A program made the position numbers and the translations under genes. Shown one piece after another: positions 61,300 through 64,000 of a stretch of DNA of 64,000 nt (the first letter of the stretch is position 1; each line of letters begins with the position of its first letter). The stretch is taken from positions 9,796,001 through 9,860,000 of the forward strand of contig NC_073390.1 of assembly GCF_028641065.1 (NCBI RefSeq), read 5' to 3'. Source of the stretch: Leucoraja erinacea (lineage: Eukaryota). Below the pieces are notes generated by a model. The model did not search any database and was not told the DNA's origin. It saw only the letters and a list, made by a program, of their open reading frames with translations.

Positions 61300-63770
61300 T
61301 CATGGAGTCATACAGCACAGAAACAGACCCTTTGGCCAAACTTGCCTGTGCTGAACAAGATGACCCATCTATGCTAGTTCCACCTGCCCTCTTTGGCCTA
61401 TATGCCTCTAAACTATTCCGTACATGCACCATCCAAAAACCTTTTGAATGTTGTTATAGTATTTGCCTCAACTATCTCCTCTGACAGTTCCTTCCATATA
61501 CCCACCATCTTCTGTGTGAAAAAGATACCCCTCAGGTTCCTATTAAATCTTTCTCTTCTCACTTTAAACCCATGTCCTCTGGTTCTTGATTCTCCTATTC
61601 TAGTTAAAAGACTCCGTGCATTCACCCATTGTTTCCCCCTCATGATATTATACACCTCCATAAGATCACCTCTCAGCTTTTTGCACTATAAGAAATAACC
61701 GTCCCAACCTCTCCCTTTACCTCAATCTGTCAAGTCCTGGCAACATCTTCGTAAATCATCTCTGCTCTCTTTCCAGCTTAACAACATCCTTCCCTGGGCA
61801 GAGTGAACAAATGAACACATACTCCAAATGGAACCTCACCAACATCTTGCACAACTGCAACATAACATGGATATTACATATGGACTATGAGGGGGAGAAC
61901 TGGATATTTTTGGTGCCTTCCCTCACAGTGAATTCTGCTGTGGGGGGACGTTTCATGTTGATTTCTATAGTGTACTGCTTCTGTGTCTTTTTTTCTTTTT
62001 CTCTTTTTTTCTCTCTTTTTTTGATTTGTATGGATTTATTGCATTGATCTGTTCAATTAATTTAATCAATCTCTGTAAAGCACTTTGGTTCAAATACTGG
62101 TTTTGGTGAAAAGTGCTATATAAATAAACATTATTATTATTATTATTAACATCCCAACTTTGGTACTCCGTACCCTGATTGATGAAGACCAATGTACCAA
62201 AAGCTTTCTTGACCACTCGATCCACCAGAGATGCCACTTTCAGGAAACCATGTACATGCACTCCTAGATCCCGCTTGTCTACAACATTCCCCAGGACACA
62301 GCCATTCACTGTGAAGGCCCAGTCTTGATTTAACTTCCCAAAATGCAACATCTCGCACTTAACTGCATTAAACTCCATTAACCTTTCCTCAGCCCATTTG
62401 TCCAACTGATCAAGATCCCGCTGTAATTTTTGACAGCTACCTTCGCTACATACAATACTACCCACCTCAGTGACATCTGCAAACTTACCTACATGCCGTG
62501 TACATTCTCATCCAAATTATTGATATCGTTATCCAAATCATTGATATCAACCACAAACACCAATGTGATTGACGGTGACTTGGCCGTGTGGATTCAGAAC
62601 TGGCTTACTGATAGGAGACAGAAGAAGGTTGTAGTGGGAGGGCGGTATTATGGCTGTAGGTCTGTCAACATTGTCTGGGACCTCTGCTGCTTGTATGTAT
62701 GTGTGTATAGGCAATGACAATATATAGTCATTTATATATGCATATGACTTGGATATTATGTAGGCACGTTGGATAGTAAGATGGGATGTGGATTAGCTAC
62801 AGAAATGGGTGGAGAAATGGCATATGAAGTTTAATCCGACCAAGTATGAGGTATTGCCCTTGTGAGGTCAAATGTAAGAGGAAAGTATACACTTAACATC
62901 AGAATCCTTAATAGCATTAATGCAAGAAGGATCTTTGGGTCCAACTCTGTAGTTCCACAAAAGTGGCATCACAAGTAGTAAAGAAGGTATATGATATGCC
63001 TGCTTTCATTTTTCGGAGCCAAGAGTTAGGAAATCATGATGCAGATTTATTGGACTTTAGTTAGGTCACATTTGGAGTATAGTATACAGTCTGTTTGTCC
63101 CATTATAGGAAGGATGTTGAGGCTTTGGAGAGGTTGAAGCAGAGGTTTACTGGAATGTTGCCTGGATTAGAGGGTTATAAGGTATAAGGAGAGACATAAA
63201 AAGCTGGCGTAACTCAGCGGGTCAGACAGCATCTATGGCAAAAAGGAATAGGTGACGTTTCGGGTCGAGACCCTTCTTCTGACTGAGTCCGTGGAAAGGG
63301 ATTCGAGAGATATAGACAGTTATATAGAGAGATATAGAACAAGTGAATGAAAGATATGCAAATGTAATGAAGATAAAGGAGAGGTTGGATAAACTTGGAT
63401 TGCTTTCCCTGGAGCATCAGAGGCTGAGGGGCTTATGGAAGTAAATACAATTATGAGGCAGAGATAGAGTAAAAAGTATTTTTCCAAAGGTGGCGATGAT
63501 ATAGGAATAGTTTAAATGAGGTGCGGGGTAAGTTCTTCTTTTCCACAGGGAGTGGTGGGTGCCTGGAACCTGCTGCTGGGTTTGCTGATGGAGGCCAATA
63601 CAATAACACTGGTTAAGAGGCTTTTAGGTTGCCACATTTAAATACAGAGATATGGATCATGTGCAGGCAGATGAGATGAGTTTATTTTGGCATTATGTTT
63701 GGCAGAGACGTTGATGGCTGAAGGGCCTGTTCCTGTGTTGTACCGTATTATGTTCTCTGTTCTCAATAGA
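61300..63770. mobile_element. Degenerate CR1 fragments (minus ~61300-62530, plus ~62540-63770)
   Basis: LQRDLDQL..FNAVKCE and FFTQKMVGIW motifs; CR1-type 3' end. Confidence 0.75.
61865..62147 (+). mobile_element. Short retroelement 3' fragment with an L2-type tail
   Basis: TGTAAAGCACTTTG...GAAAAGTGCTATATAAATAAA followed by (ATT)n; interrupts a CR1. Confidence 0.55.
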
Positions 63771-64000
63771 AATCACTCTAACATCAAAATCAAAATGATG
63801 GCTGCCAGTTGCAAATTTTAAATTAGAAGGCTGTTTGAAATGGAACCAAGTTATGGAAAAAGGGAGCGCTAAGAATATACCATCCTCTTATTCAGTTGCA
63901 ATCCGGTCACAATCACTAGTCAAGCATTCTCTCTACAGGAATTGAAATGAGCAGGGTTGAGTGAGAGTGGATTCTGTAACGTGATCTAGCAGAAATCCCT

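Noticed and set aside
63780-64000. Further upstream DAW1 exon
   Set aside because: No minus-strand frame matched the expected N-terminal DAW1 sequence ending ...FYLFK; the exon probably lies outside the window.

Overview
Eukaryotic vertebrate DNA. The repeat content (CR1, Rex1/Babar, Penelope, V-SINE-like SINEs) suggests a cartilaginous fish, probably a skate or ray; this is inferred, not confirmed. One host gene spans the window on the minus strand: DAW1 (WDR69/ODA16, dynein assembly factor with WD repeats). Ten coding exons were reconstructed by hand, from [12 protein letters not shown] to [11 protein letters not shown], all with GT-AG boundaries and a continuous frame; the 5' exons lie beyond the right edge. 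The introns hold deeply nested transposons. These include a structurally complete but decayed DIRS1-type tyrosine-recombinase retrotransposon (gag, RT, RNase H, methyltransferase, YR, with lITR/ICR/rITR) and the 5' end of a second DIRS family. There are also two non-autonomous Helitrons, two copies of a ~1.04-kb TAG...CTA DNA transposon with 7-bp TSDs, a Tc1 element and L1/CR1/Rex1 LINEs. Penelope elements occur together with many short, often palindromic Penelope-end derivatives carrying minimal hammerhead-ribozyme-like cores. Most ORFs in the supplied track are transposon remnants or low-complexity artefacts. I found no clearly new protein-coding system; the most interesting signals are structural features of the mobile elements.
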